Positions 9,796 to 19,056 of a stretch of DNA of 64,000 nt are shown here, piece by piece. The stretch is from a virus. The notes under the pieces are model-generated. The model saw nothing but the letters and a program-made list of their open reading frames with translations, was not told the DNA's origin and searched no databases. Where the stretch lies: positions 64,001-128,000 of the IMG/VR virus record IMGVR_UViG_3300011980_000002. The stretch is one strand, 5' to 3'. The position numbers and the translations under genes are program-made. Numbering within the stretch: the first letter of the stretch is position 1; the number at the start of each line of letters is the position of its first letter.

Positions 9796-11025
9796 ATGAC
9801 ATACAATCAAATAGTTAATTCATATGTTAATAAAATGAATATGTTGAACCTTGAGTATATTAATAATGATTGTGATTTTCATATGGAATCTGTTTTATAT
9901 GAAAACGATATATTGTATACTGAAGATGTTGAAAACTCCATAAATAATGCAGTTAATAAAAAAAGAAATATAATTCTCAGAATAGTAGATGGTATAATTT
10001 CGTTCATCAATAAAGTAGTTGGTGATATTGGAAAGATGTTCAATAAACAAGTTGAAAGTGATTTTAATAACGCACCTGATGTAGAAACTAAATTTGAAAC
10101 GAACCCTACCGAGACTCTTAGTAAGTGTGAGAGTACACTTGGTAAAGTTGTTGGATTTTTGAAACCTGGATTCACTACAAAAGATGAAGAGGGTAATAAG
10201 AAGTTTTCTCCATTGAAAACACTGATTACTGGGTTAGAGGCTACCGCTGCCGCTGCTGGTACATATATGATTGCAAAAAAATCATTACCTACAATAAAGG
10301 AAAAAGCAACAAAGATTCTTAATGATTGTAAAGGATTAACGAGCAAGTTCAAAGAGGAATCATTCGAGGATAAAATGCTTAAAATTCTTGAGGATAAAAA
10401 TAAAACCGACGATGAAAGAATTAAAGCTGCTAAAGCATTATATAAAAATGACCCAGAAATGCTTAAAAAAGTTAATGAGTTAGAGAAAGAAATAAAAGCT
10501 AATCGTATGACTCCTAGAGAATTTAAACAGGGTATACGAAAAGCAAAAAGTGATAGAGATATAAATCAGAGACAGAATGATAGAGACTATCGTGCAGCAG
10601 TTGCTGGAATGGCTATGGATGGTAAAAACTGGAAAGAAAAACAGGAAGAACAAAAAGCAGAAGTTCAGGCTAAACTGAAGGCTAAAATGGCTAAAGTTAC
10701 CGGCACAAATCCTGAAAATGCAAAAAAAGAAAGTTGGTTTGCTAGATTGTTCGGTAAAGCTAAACAACAATCTGTTCAGAAAATGAATGATCAACAAATG
10801 GCAGCAGAGGCTATTAGTCAGACATCTAAGTATGCAGCAGACGTTCTTAGAGATGCTACAAGGGCTATTTTAAATATAGCAAGAGGAAAAAGTAATAAAT
10901 CTGATAAGGACGAAGTTAAAAACGAACATGTGTCATATTATAATGATGATTGTTATTTTGATTTATATGAATATAATAATGATTATATAGATTATGATAT
11001 AGACAATATGATAACAAACTTATAA
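9796..11025 (+). CDS. Family-F paralogue 2
   Basis: ATG 9796 with tagaaagga box is preferred; ORF-track start 9730 lies inside the upstream hairpin. Has HMESVLYEND..KKRNIILRIVDGIISFINKV and KPGFTTKDEEGNKKF..LITGLEATAAAAGTYMI. D/Y-rich tail. Confidence 0.7.
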   Translation: MTYNQIVNSYVNKMNMLNLEYINNDCDFHMESVLYENDILYTEDVENSINNAVNKKRNIILRIVDGIISFINKVVGDIGKMFNKQVESDFNNAPDVETKFETNPTETLSKCESTLGKVVGFLKPGFTTKDEEGNKKFSPLKTLITGLEATAAAAGTYMIAKKSLPTIKEKATKILNDCKGLTSKFKEESFEDKMLKILEDKNKTDDERIKAAKALYKNDPEMLKKVNELEKEIKANRMTPREFKQGIRKAKSDRDINQRQNDRDYRAAVAGMAMDGKNWKEKQEEQKAEVQAKLKAKMAKVTGTNPENAKKESWFARLFGKAKQQSVQKMNDQQMAAEAISQTSKYAADVLRDATRAILNIARGKSNKSDKDEVKNEHVSYYNDDCYFDLYEYNNDYIDYDIDNMITNL

Positions 11026-11053
11026 ATTATAACGAAAGGATAAATGATTAGTT

Positions 11054-12010
11054 ATGGCTAATAATTTTCTAACTAAATATGATGTTCATGACATTAAAAC
11101 TTCTTTTAATATAAAAAAAGTTATGTCTGAGCATAGTATAAATTGTAAAAAAGCTGAGCTTAAAGTATTGACTGAATCTGGTACAGATGAGGACTTCTAC
11201 TACTTATACCAAGAATCTATGAGTGATGCTATTGGAAAACTTGGAGAGATAATAGATGATATAATAAAGAAATTCATTGAATTTTGTAAAGATGTACAGA
11301 TACAGATATTATCAAAGATTAACTCAGTTGAATTTAAGTCAAATGTGCAAAAAATAAACGATAAGCTTAAGTTCAATCCATTCTTAAGAAGTAAATCACA
11401 GACAGTTAGTGATTTTAATCCCAAGATGAAAGATTATATAGAAGCTTCTTCAAAACTTGCTAAGATGGTTGCAAAACTTAAAAGTGGTAATTCAGTATCT
11501 ACTGAAATTGACAACTTTGCAGACTGGTTTGATGATTTAGCTGAGAAGCAAATGAAACAGAGAAAATTGAGTAATGCTGCCATATTTGCAACACTTAAGA
11601 GTTTAATGGAGAAGGTTGATGGTGAAATTAAGAAGATTCGCGATGATGCTAGGGATCTTCTTACAGATGTCAAAGGTATCAAACCTAAAAAAGATGATGA
11701 TGATAACGATATAAATCTTAAATCATCAGCTACTAAACTTTGTAATTATATATCAAGAGTTAGTAGAGCAGCTATAAGGCTCCGTGTAACGACATTAAGT
11801 GAGTATCTTGCAGTATGTAAGAGAGAAATTCTTAATGCTAAAGAAGAAGATGTTAAGAATGAGTCATATGAATATGAAGATAGTTATGATTCGGATTACG
11901 AATATGATTACAGTAATGACGATGATTCTTCAGATGATGATTCAGATGATGATTATGAATACGAATCTGGATATGATTACGAAGACAATTACGATGAGTA
12001 TGATTTTTAA
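11054..12010 (+). CDS. Family-F paralogue 3
   Basis: Leader LKVLTESGTDED, then helix DAIGKLGEIIDDIIKKFIEF. Extreme D/E/Y/S C-terminal tail ending DEYDF. Confidence 0.65.
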   Translation: MANNFLTKYDVHDIKTSFNIKKVMSEHSINCKKAELKVLTESGTDEDFYYLYQESMSDAIGKLGEIIDDIIKKFIEFCKDVQIQILSKINSVEFKSNVQKINDKLKFNPFLRSKSQTVSDFNPKMKDYIEASSKLAKMVAKLKSGNSVSTEIDNFADWFDDLAEKQMKQRKLSNAAIFATLKSLMEKVDGEIKKIRDDARDLLTDVKGIKPKKDDDDNDINLKSSATKLCNYISRVSRAAIRLRVTTLSEYLAVCKREILNAKEEDVKNESYEYEDSYDSDYEYDYSNDDDSSDDDSDDDYEYESGYDYEDNYDEYDF

Positions 12011-12015
12011 ATAAT

Positions 12016-12060
12016 AATATACGGTAATAAGGTATGTCCTTATTACCGTATATTATTTAT
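12016..12060 (+). terminator. Rho-independent terminator
   Basis: Perfect 17-bp stem aatatacggtaataagg/ccttattaccgtatatt with a 5-nt loop. Confidence 0.7.
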
Positions 12061-12110
12061 CCGTATTTTCTATATATATATCGATATATTATTTATATGT
12101 AAAATAAAAT
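12057..12110 (+). promoter_or_regulatory. Conserved promoter-like motif (class seen 8 times in window)
   Basis: ttatccgtattttctatat..gatatattatttatatgtaaaataaaat sits immediately after a terminator and about 25 nt before the SD of 12136. See the findings for the alignment. Confidence 0.45.
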
Positions 12111-12135
12111 AATATACGAAAGGAGATTCATAATT

Positions 12136-12363
12136 ATGAAATCTCAATTAAAACTAACATCTTATCTCGTTTCATCTTACGAAAGAGAAATGCCATTTAT
12201 ATTGGCATCTTCTGATATAACATTCATCAGATCTGCAATTGATAACATAAATAGCGTTATCAATAATGCATATTATGATGAGTATGATGAAAGAGAGTGT
12301 AACCTTAATTACAAACTAATTAAAATGTGGTCAGAAATGACATACAAATTGATTAGTTTGTAA
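12136..12363 (+). CDS. Small hypothetical protein (75 aa), self-contained cassette
   Basis: Own promoter-like motif, SD gaaaggag and own terminator. Interrupts the family-F array. Confidence 0.6.
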   Translation: MKSQLKLTSYLVSSYEREMPFILASSDITFIRSAIDNINSVINNAYYDEYDERECNLNYKLIKMWSEMTYKLISL

Positions 12364-12371
12364 TTAAGTTT

Positions 12372-12410
12372 AAAAAGTAATGCATGTGCACATTGTGCAT
12401 TACTTTTTTT
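12372..12410 (+). terminator. Rho-independent terminator
   Basis: Stem aagtaatgca/tgcattactt followed by T7. Confidence 0.7.
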
Positions 12411-12487
12411 GAAAATTGTTACTATTAATCGTATAACTTTATATTTTTTAATATAGTATATTAAAAAATATAAAGGAGACATTAGTA

Positions 12488-13015
12488 ATGAATGAAAAAC
12501 TAAAAGAACTTATTGATTATGCTAAGAAGGGGAGATCTGAAACTGTAAATGGATATTATACTAAACTTAACAAGTTGAAAGAATCTAATAAAGATAACAA
12601 GCTTACTGATAGTTCTATTGTTAAGAATTGTCCAAATTATAGTGATACTCTCAAGAGATATGAGGACTTGTTTAATATTATTATAGATATTGAAGACGCT
12701 CATAATGAGAAAGAAAGTTTTAATGATGAGATAAAGCGTTATCGTGAAACTTATAATAATATGATGTCAGTTGGTATCGTTTGTAATAAGCAAGAAACAT
12801 ATAGCACGTGTATGAATAAAATTAAAGATGGTATAGAACATCTTGATACATTATTCGATGCTGCTGAACATAATGCAAAATCATTATCTGATAATATTTC
12901 AGATAGTGATAGAATATGTAATTTATTACTAGGACATTATAAGAATTATATCAAGAGTCAAAAATTGGAAATTGATGCTTGGATAAATGCAGTTACAGAT
13001 GCTCTTAAAAATTAA
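12488..13015 (+). CDS. Hypothetical protein (175 aa)
   Basis: SD aaaggag 8 nt upstream of the ATG. Helical K/E/N-rich sequence with no recognised motif. Confidence 0.6.
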   Translation: MNEKLKELIDYAKKGRSETVNGYYTKLNKLKESNKDNKLTDSSIVKNCPNYSDTLKRYEDLFNIIIDIEDAHNEKESFNDEIKRYRETYNNMMSVGIVCNKQETYSTCMNKIKDGIEHLDTLFDAAEHNAKSLSDNISDSDRICNLLLGHYKNYIKSQKLEIDAWINAVTDALKN

Positions 13016-13030
13016 TAAAGTTTCTTAATT

Positions 13031-13067
13031 TAACCCTATAGACAATTTAGTCTATAGGGTTATTTTT
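13031..13067 (+). terminator. Rho-independent terminator
   Basis: 13-bp stem taaccctatagac/gtctatagggtta plus a T-run, then tttttatccgaatttc. Confidence 0.75.
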
Positions 13068-13139
13068 ATCCGAATTTCTTATAAATCGTTTAGATTACAC
13101 AGTTATTTAAAGTTAAATTCAATAGAAAGGGAATAGTTT

Positions 13140-14153
13140 ATGGATAATACATTGCTATATTCTATACACTCAGATGTGATGATTGAAGACACTTTACTGT
13201 TCATAGACAGCTTATCTGATATATACTATGAAGACGGAGAAGCTTCAAATAATGAGGTTGTTGATGAAAAAAGTAAAAATATGTTTAGACGAGCATTTGA
13301 TGCTGTAATGAAATTTATAAATGGTCTTATTGAAAAAATTAAAACTCTTTTCCAAAGAATGGGTCTTAGTAAAGAAGAAAAGAAAGAGTTTGATGAGATA
13401 AGAAAAGCTATAATGGCTGACCCTGATATTAAAAATAAATCATTTACTGTAGACGATTACAGAAAAGCTAAAGCTCAGGAAGAAGCTATTATTAAAGAAA
13501 TGGAAGCCATACAAAAAGCTGCTGAACAGGCTGGTAATGATGAACAAGAAGCTGAAGTTATAGACAGAGGTATGGAAAAAGTTAAAGGTATGATGAGTGG
13601 TGTTGTTGATGTTATGGGTACTGCTGGTAAATCTATTGCTACAACTATAGGTGCACAACAGATACTCCATATGGCAGAATCTAATAGAAACTTTGCTCAA
13701 ATGGTTTATGGTATGCTTGAAAATGAAGAGGGTCTTACAAAACAACTTGAAGATGCTATAGGTAATAAGCAAACTAATAAGTTTAAAAAAAGCATTAAGT
13801 CTTGTACCAAATGGTTGTCATGGCATAAGTTTAAGGCTATGATGTTTGGTACTATATGTAAAGATATGAGTAAATCATTTAGTCATACTATAAAAGATTT
13901 AAAAGAATTAACAAATCCTAAGAATTCTATAGGTGCACACTTAAATCGTGCGAAGCATCTCAATATGGTTAATAATGTTGTTGGGGGAGTTAATCAAAAA
14001 TATGGTACAGATTTTAATCTTATAGACATTGCAAAAGCCGGTGTTCAAGTAAAACATGCTATAGATGATACTAAATCAACAGTATCTAAAGCTAGTGGAT
14101 TTGTCAATAGAACTGTGAATAATTTTAAGAATAGGAATAATAATAATGCATAG
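13140..14153 (+). CDS. Family-F paralogue 4
   Basis: VMIEDTLLFIDSLSDIYYEDGEASNN, then helix RRAFDAVMKFINGLIEKIKTLF. Gly/Ala-rich hydrophobic segment VVDVMGTAGKSIATTIGA. Confidence 0.65.
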   Translation: MDNTLLYSIHSDVMIEDTLLFIDSLSDIYYEDGEASNNEVVDEKSKNMFRRAFDAVMKFINGLIEKIKTLFQRMGLSKEEKKEFDEIRKAIMADPDIKNKSFTVDDYRKAKAQEEAIIKEMEAIQKAAEQAGNDEQEAEVIDRGMEKVKGMMSGVVDVMGTAGKSIATTIGAQQILHMAESNRNFAQMVYGMLENEEGLTKQLEDAIGNKQTNKFKKSIKSCTKWLSWHKFKAMMFGTICKDMSKSFSHTIKDLKELTNPKNSIGAHLNRAKHLNMVNNVVGGVNQKYGTDFNLIDIAKAGVQVKHAIDDTKSTVSKASGFVNRTVNNFKNRNNNNA

Positions 14154-15072
14154 TTTAGATGAAGCAAGTATTAGATATGATATAATAACAGAATCGTTAG
14201 ATATCGACTTTTACAAAAATGATGCAATACTTAGTACTTGTATATTATTAGAGTCTGATAATACAAGTAGCGTTGTTGAAAAACGACATAATATACTAAA
14301 AGAATTTATAAAAGTCGTTATTGAAAAAATTCAAAAATTGATAGATTTCATTAAATCTAAATTTAATAAGGATAGAATAGATGTCATTAATAACATCAGT
14401 AAAGAAAATCCAAGAGCTACTATTACAGTTAGCAAGGACCCGAATGTGGTTATACAAGCTGCAAATGAGTCTATAAAAGAAATTGAAACTGCAATTTCTA
14501 AACAGAAAAAAGGTATTTTCAGAAAAGAAGATGGAAGTATTAATGTTAGTAAAGTTATATATACAGCAGTTGGTGCTGCAACAGCAACTACTATCGGTAT
14601 TATAGTGGTACCTAAACTTATAAATACTATAAATGGACTTCTTGGAAAACTTAAAAATCTTGGTAGAGATGTTATGACAAATATTGACCAAGATAAAAAT
14701 TCGTTCAATAAGGCTAAAAGTAAAACTCCAGCTAAAACTTCATTAGCTAGTAAGGTTGTTTATAATGTCGGTAAGGGAATTGGGTTTAGTGTAGGTAATA
14801 CTGTGAAAACATCTGTTACAACTGCTGCGAATAGAGGATTTGTACCAACCTTCAATATATCCCTAAATTTACCGGACCCAAAAATGTATCAACAACAGAT
14901 GCAAGCACAAAATGAAATTGTTAAGGCTATCTCTAATACCACTAAGGTATTGGAAACTACTTTAAATAGGGATTTATTGAATAACCCAGATATCAATAAA
15001 GTTGCAAATGAAGTATCTGATGAAAAAAGTGATATGAATGATAAACAAACATCTCAACAAAATAATCAATAA
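14146..15072 (+). CDS. Family-F paralogue 5
   Basis: The start overlaps the previous stop (ATGCATAG). IITESLD..CILLESDNTS, then ILKEFIKVVIEKIQKLIDFIKSKF. Hydrophobic VIYTAVGAATATTIGIIVVP. Confidence 0.65.
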   Translation: MHSLDEASIRYDIITESLDIDFYKNDAILSTCILLESDNTSSVVEKRHNILKEFIKVVIEKIQKLIDFIKSKFNKDRIDVINNISKENPRATITVSKDPNVVIQAANESIKEIETAISKQKKGIFRKEDGSINVSKVIYTAVGAATATTIGIIVVPKLINTINGLLGKLKNLGRDVMTNIDQDKNSFNKAKSKTPAKTSLASKVVYNVGKGIGFSVGNTVKTSVTTAANRGFVPTFNISLNLPDPKMYQQQMQAQNEIVKAISNTTKVLETTLNRDLLNNPDINKVANEVSDEKSDMNDKQTSQQNNQ

Positions 15073-15090
15073 TAAGTTTGGAGATAAATT

Positions 15091-16341
15091 ATGGCAAAAA
15101 TAATCTCTGAAGTTCGTAATATAAAAGATAACACTTTTGAATATGAAAAGCGTCTTCAAAGTCCTTACAATAGACTAATTGATAAGGCTCCAACACCTGT
15201 AACGTATTTTCATATTAATGATAATGAGTCTACAGTTAATGAAGGATATCAAGATATTGAAGAAATTATTGGACCCAAATCTCCATTAAGATTTGATAGA
15301 ATTGAGGGATTTCCTTTATACGGAGTCCCTCAAATTAATCCAAATATACAAGAAGATGATCAAGGAATAAATATAACATTTGAAGCTGAATGTTTTATTT
15401 TACCACATACGATAAAACCTAATCCAAATGATTTCTTCTTAATCGATGTATTGGATATTCATGATGTATACATATTCAAAATTACAGATATTGCGTATGA
15501 TAATATTCACCCAGACAATTTTTATAAGACACAGTTTAGGTTAGAATTAACTTCTAAAGAGAAATTAGCATACTTAGAAAAACAAGTTATAAATAACTAT
15601 ACTTGTATTATAGATAATATTGGTACCGATAGTCATTGTATTATAGAAACTGATAAGTTTACTAAATATCAGAAAGTTAAAGATACCTATGATGATTTAG
15701 TAAATCTTTATGTTAGTATATTTTATAATGAAAAATATAATTGCTTTTTAGGTGAATATCCATGTAATAAAAAACTCTACGACCCTTATATGGTTGAGTT
15801 TGTTAATAAGTGGAATCTATTCAATAGTAAAGATAAAATTAATTCACTTATCATTAGTCAAGAAATTGATGATAATAAGTTTAAATTAAAATATGAGAAA
15901 TCTGTGTGGAGATTTATTGAGAAAAATGATTATAGTTTATTAAATAAATTCATTTTTTATATTTATCGAGCAGATACTCTGAAGTATACTACATTTGCAT
16001 TATATAGAGATGCTACTGTAAATATACTAGATATTCCTTTATCATTTTATAGTGACACTGACACGAGATGTATATTTAATGATGAGTTTATTAATAATAT
16101 AAAAGATAATAAAGAGTGTAAGAGTTCTTATGGTAATTTATTAAAGAAGTATATACTAAAAGAAAAATTAGATATAAATTCTATACCATTAGATATTAAT
16201 GAAACTTTATATAGCTTAGAAGCAGATGTCGAATTTTTCTTTATAACTCCAATGATTCTTTATATTATGAAAAAGATAATGAAAGATAGTTTTAAGTATA
16301 GTATTAGTTATAATACTATGAATGATAATAAAATGTATTAA
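15091..16341 (+). CDS. Hypothetical protein (416 aa), probably virion-associated
   Basis: Long ORF embedded in the family-F structural block. No motif recognised. Confidence 0.55.
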   Translation: MAKIISEVRNIKDNTFEYEKRLQSPYNRLIDKAPTPVTYFHINDNESTVNEGYQDIEEIIGPKSPLRFDRIEGFPLYGVPQINPNIQEDDQGINITFEAECFILPHTIKPNPNDFFLIDVLDIHDVYIFKITDIAYDNIHPDNFYKTQFRLELTSKEKLAYLEKQVINNYTCIIDNIGTDSHCIIETDKFTKYQKVKDTYDDLVNLYVSIFYNEKYNCFLGEYPCNKKLYDPYMVEFVNKWNLFNSKDKINSLIISQEIDDNKFKLKYEKSVWRFIEKNDYSLLNKFIFYIYRADTLKYTTFALYRDATVNILDIPLSFYSDTDTRCIFNDEFINNIKDNKECKSSYGNLLKKYILKEKLDINSIPLDINETLYSLEADVEFFFITPMILYIMKKIMKDSFKYSISYNTMNDNKMY

Positions 16342-16407
16342 TACGAAGAATTGTTTTTTTTTTTGTATGAATTATATTTAAATTACGAAAGGAAACAATA
16401 ATTAATT

Positions 16408-17409
16408 ATGTATGATGATTTATATTTAGACAATTTAGATTTTGACATATTTATAGAGTCTACAGAACTAATATTTGAAAGTGTTAGTTGTAATAATGAA
16501 ATATCTTTATTATTAGAAGATGGTAATGATAATAAGAAAAAGAATATTATCATGAGAGCCGTTGATGCAATAATGAAAAAGATTAGAGAAATTATAGATT
16601 GGATAAAATCTAAATTATTTGGTGGTAAAAATAAGAAATATGAAGATTTTCTAAAACTTGCAGATAGTAAAGTAAGTGGATTATCTGTGGAATTTGATAA
16701 ATCTCCTAAGAAAGTTTATGAATTATATTCTGATATATTTAAAGCAATTTCTAAGAATTATGATAAATTATCAGGAAATGATAATTCCAAATTTATCGAA
16801 GAGGTTAAAGAGAAATTAAGTAGAGATATTAGCAAAGAATATTTATCTCCAAAAGAATGTATAGATTTATTTTACAAATATAATAAACTATCTTTAGACT
16901 ATAAGGGATTAAGTGATAAGATTAGTAATTATATTAAGAGTAAAGCTAATAGTGGAATAGATTGCTCGCAAGAACAAAAAGCTTTATCTTTAATTACTAG
17001 ATTAATGAATGATATAAGAAATAATATGAGCAAGATATCACCTACAACTATATCTAGTAATAATAGTGTCATAAGTAAAGTGAAGACATGGGCTAATGAC
17101 AATCCTGATGAAGCCGCTTTACTTATCGCAAACCTGAGTGCACTTGGATTAGTTACAGGAATGGCTGTTGGTGTTAAAGCCATGAAAGGTGCTGATGATA
17201 GGATTAAAAATAGTATGAAAGAACATGATGCTCGTATGAAAGCTGAAAAAGAGGTATTAGATAAGAAGCATAAAGATAATATGAAAGTTCTTGATGAGAT
17301 GCATAGAAAGATTGATGATGTAATAAAAAATGTTGATTTAGGTGATACTGAAGCAGTTAAAAAAGCTGAAAAAGAAATGGAAAGAATAAGGAAACAATAT
17401 AGACATTAA
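16408..17409 (+). CDS. Family-F paralogue 6
   Basis: IFIESTELIFESVSCNNEISLLLEDGNDNKKKNIIMRAVDAIMKKIREIIDWIKSK. Hydrophobic ALLIANLSALGLVTGMAVGV. The upstream 55 nt is nearly identical to that of 20460. Confidence 0.7.
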   Translation: MYDDLYLDNLDFDIFIESTELIFESVSCNNEISLLLEDGNDNKKKNIIMRAVDAIMKKIREIIDWIKSKLFGGKNKKYEDFLKLADSKVSGLSVEFDKSPKKVYELYSDIFKAISKNYDKLSGNDNSKFIEEVKEKLSRDISKEYLSPKECIDLFYKYNKLSLDYKGLSDKISNYIKSKANSGIDCSQEQKALSLITRLMNDIRNNMSKISPTTISSNNSVISKVKTWANDNPDEAALLIANLSALGLVTGMAVGVKAMKGADDRIKNSMKEHDARMKAEKEVLDKKHKDNMKVLDEMHRKIDDVIKNVDLGDTEAVKKAEKEMERIRKQYRH

Positions 17410-17428
17410 TATGGTAAGGAATTTTTTT

Positions 17429-18250
17429 ATGATTAATAAATATGACATAGAAACCGAATTATTTATAGAATCTATGGAATTATTATTTGCTAGAATTGAT
17501 AGTGAAAATTCAATCTCATTATTACTTGAATCTGGTGATAATCCTAAAAGAGAAAGTGTATTATTGAAAGCTATATCTGCTATAGTTAAGAAGATAAATG
17601 AAATTCTCAATTCAATTACAGATAATTTATCTGGCAAAGATTCTGATAAATACTATAGGTTTATAAAGCAAGTAAGTGGTAAGATTCCGGATTGTAAAAT
17701 AGCAGTTTCAGTGGATATTAGTAAGTTATATGAGGTATATTCTAAATCTCATAAAATTATTCTTGATAACTATAGAACTTCTAAAGATTATAGTTATATA
17801 GATGAGGTTGATAAATTGTTTACAAATGAAATCAATAAAAGTACCACGGTAACTTTAAATGAAATTGTATTATTATTTAACAAATATAAAGACTTAGCTA
17901 ATAAATACGATAATCTCACATATGATATAGAAAGATTGATATATAGGAAATCTAAATCTAATGAGAGCGTTAGTGATTTAAAAAGTGCATTGCTTAAAAT
18001 TACTAAGATTGCAAATGGTATAAGAAACACTGTATCTAAGATAGCACCTGAAAAAGTAATAAGAACTACAGAATTTAAGAATAGTATTAAATCTTCAATA
18101 GATAACGATACTATTAAAACTAATGCAATTCCAGATGGTATCTTAAATGCTATGAGGATACACGGTGAACATACCAGAATGCATGATGAAAATAACGAAA
18201 TGCATAATCAGAATCATCAATTACATTTAGCAATGAATGGAATGATGTAA
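17429..18250 (+). CDS. Family-F paralogue 7
   Basis: ATG 17429 (SD aaggaa) is preferred over 17411. LFIESMELLFARIDSENSISLLLESGDNPKRESVLLKAISAIVKKINEIL. Confidence 0.65.
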   Translation: MINKYDIETELFIESMELLFARIDSENSISLLLESGDNPKRESVLLKAISAIVKKINEILNSITDNLSGKDSDKYYRFIKQVSGKIPDCKIAVSVDISKLYEVYSKSHKIILDNYRTSKDYSYIDEVDKLFTNEINKSTTVTLNEIVLLFNKYKDLANKYDNLTYDIERLIYRKSKSNESVSDLKSALLKITKIANGIRNTVSKIAPEKVIRTTEFKNSIKSSIDNDTIKTNAIPDGILNAMRIHGEHTRMHDENNEMHNQNHQLHLAMNGMM

Positions 18251-18266
18251 TAAAGGGAATATCTAT

Positions 18267-19010
18267 ATGAATTATGATGATATAGAATATATTAAAAATG
18301 AAATATTTATAGAAAAATCCATTTTATATATTGAAAAATATAATAGTGATTTAAGTATATCATTATTACTAGAAGACGGTGATACTGGTTCTGGTGGCAT
18401 TGCTACTATTATAAATAAATCATTAGATAAATTGGAAGGTTTATATAATTCTCTCATTAATAAGTTTTTTAATAATAAGAATCGTCAGTTTGAAAGTTTC
18501 TTATTAAAGATTGGTAAGAAAATATCTAAAGAAGATTTTTCTATTTCATTTAATATAAATCCTGAAAAATTATACGAAAATCAACTTGACAGTATCAAAC
18601 TTATTAGTGATAATTATGATAAACCTGAAAATGTTAATAAGTTTCTTGATGTAAATACAGTTGTACCAGACTTAGGTAAACCTACAGATTTAACAATTGA
18701 AGAATGTATAGATATATTTCATAAGTTTGAAAGATTATCAATTTTATGTGAGAAAACTTCAAAGACTATGTATAAATCTATCATGGTAAGAATAAAAAAT
18801 CTTGGTGAAAGACAGCATGTTTCTAATGTTGGATTATATGAAATGATACATATAATGAATATTATTCATATAAATATTAAAAGATTTAGTCCAGAAGCAA
18901 TATATAATAATAGTAAATTTAAATATGCTGTTAAAAAACTTGTAAATAAAGATCCTAATAATATCAAACTTATACCAAATAAGTTTAGAGATGATTTTGA
19001 TTTAAAATAA
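18267..19010 (+). CDS. Family-F paralogue 8
   Basis: IFIEKSILYIEKYNSDLSISLLLEDGDTGSGG. The remainder aligns with 16408 and 17429 (EECIDIFHKFERLS versus KECIDLFYKYNKLS). Confidence 0.65.
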   Translation: MNYDDIEYIKNEIFIEKSILYIEKYNSDLSISLLLEDGDTGSGGIATIINKSLDKLEGLYNSLINKFFNNKNRQFESFLLKIGKKISKEDFSISFNINPEKLYENQLDSIKLISDNYDKPENVNKFLDVNTVVPDLGKPTDLTIEECIDIFHKFERLSILCEKTSKTMYKSIMVRIKNLGERQHVSNVGLYEMIHIMNIIHINIKRFSPEAIYNNSKFKYAVKKLVNKDPNNIKLIPNKFRDDFDLK

Positions 19011-19056
19011 AACCTATTTATTAAAAAGAATAAAATGAAAGGATTATTATTTTAAA

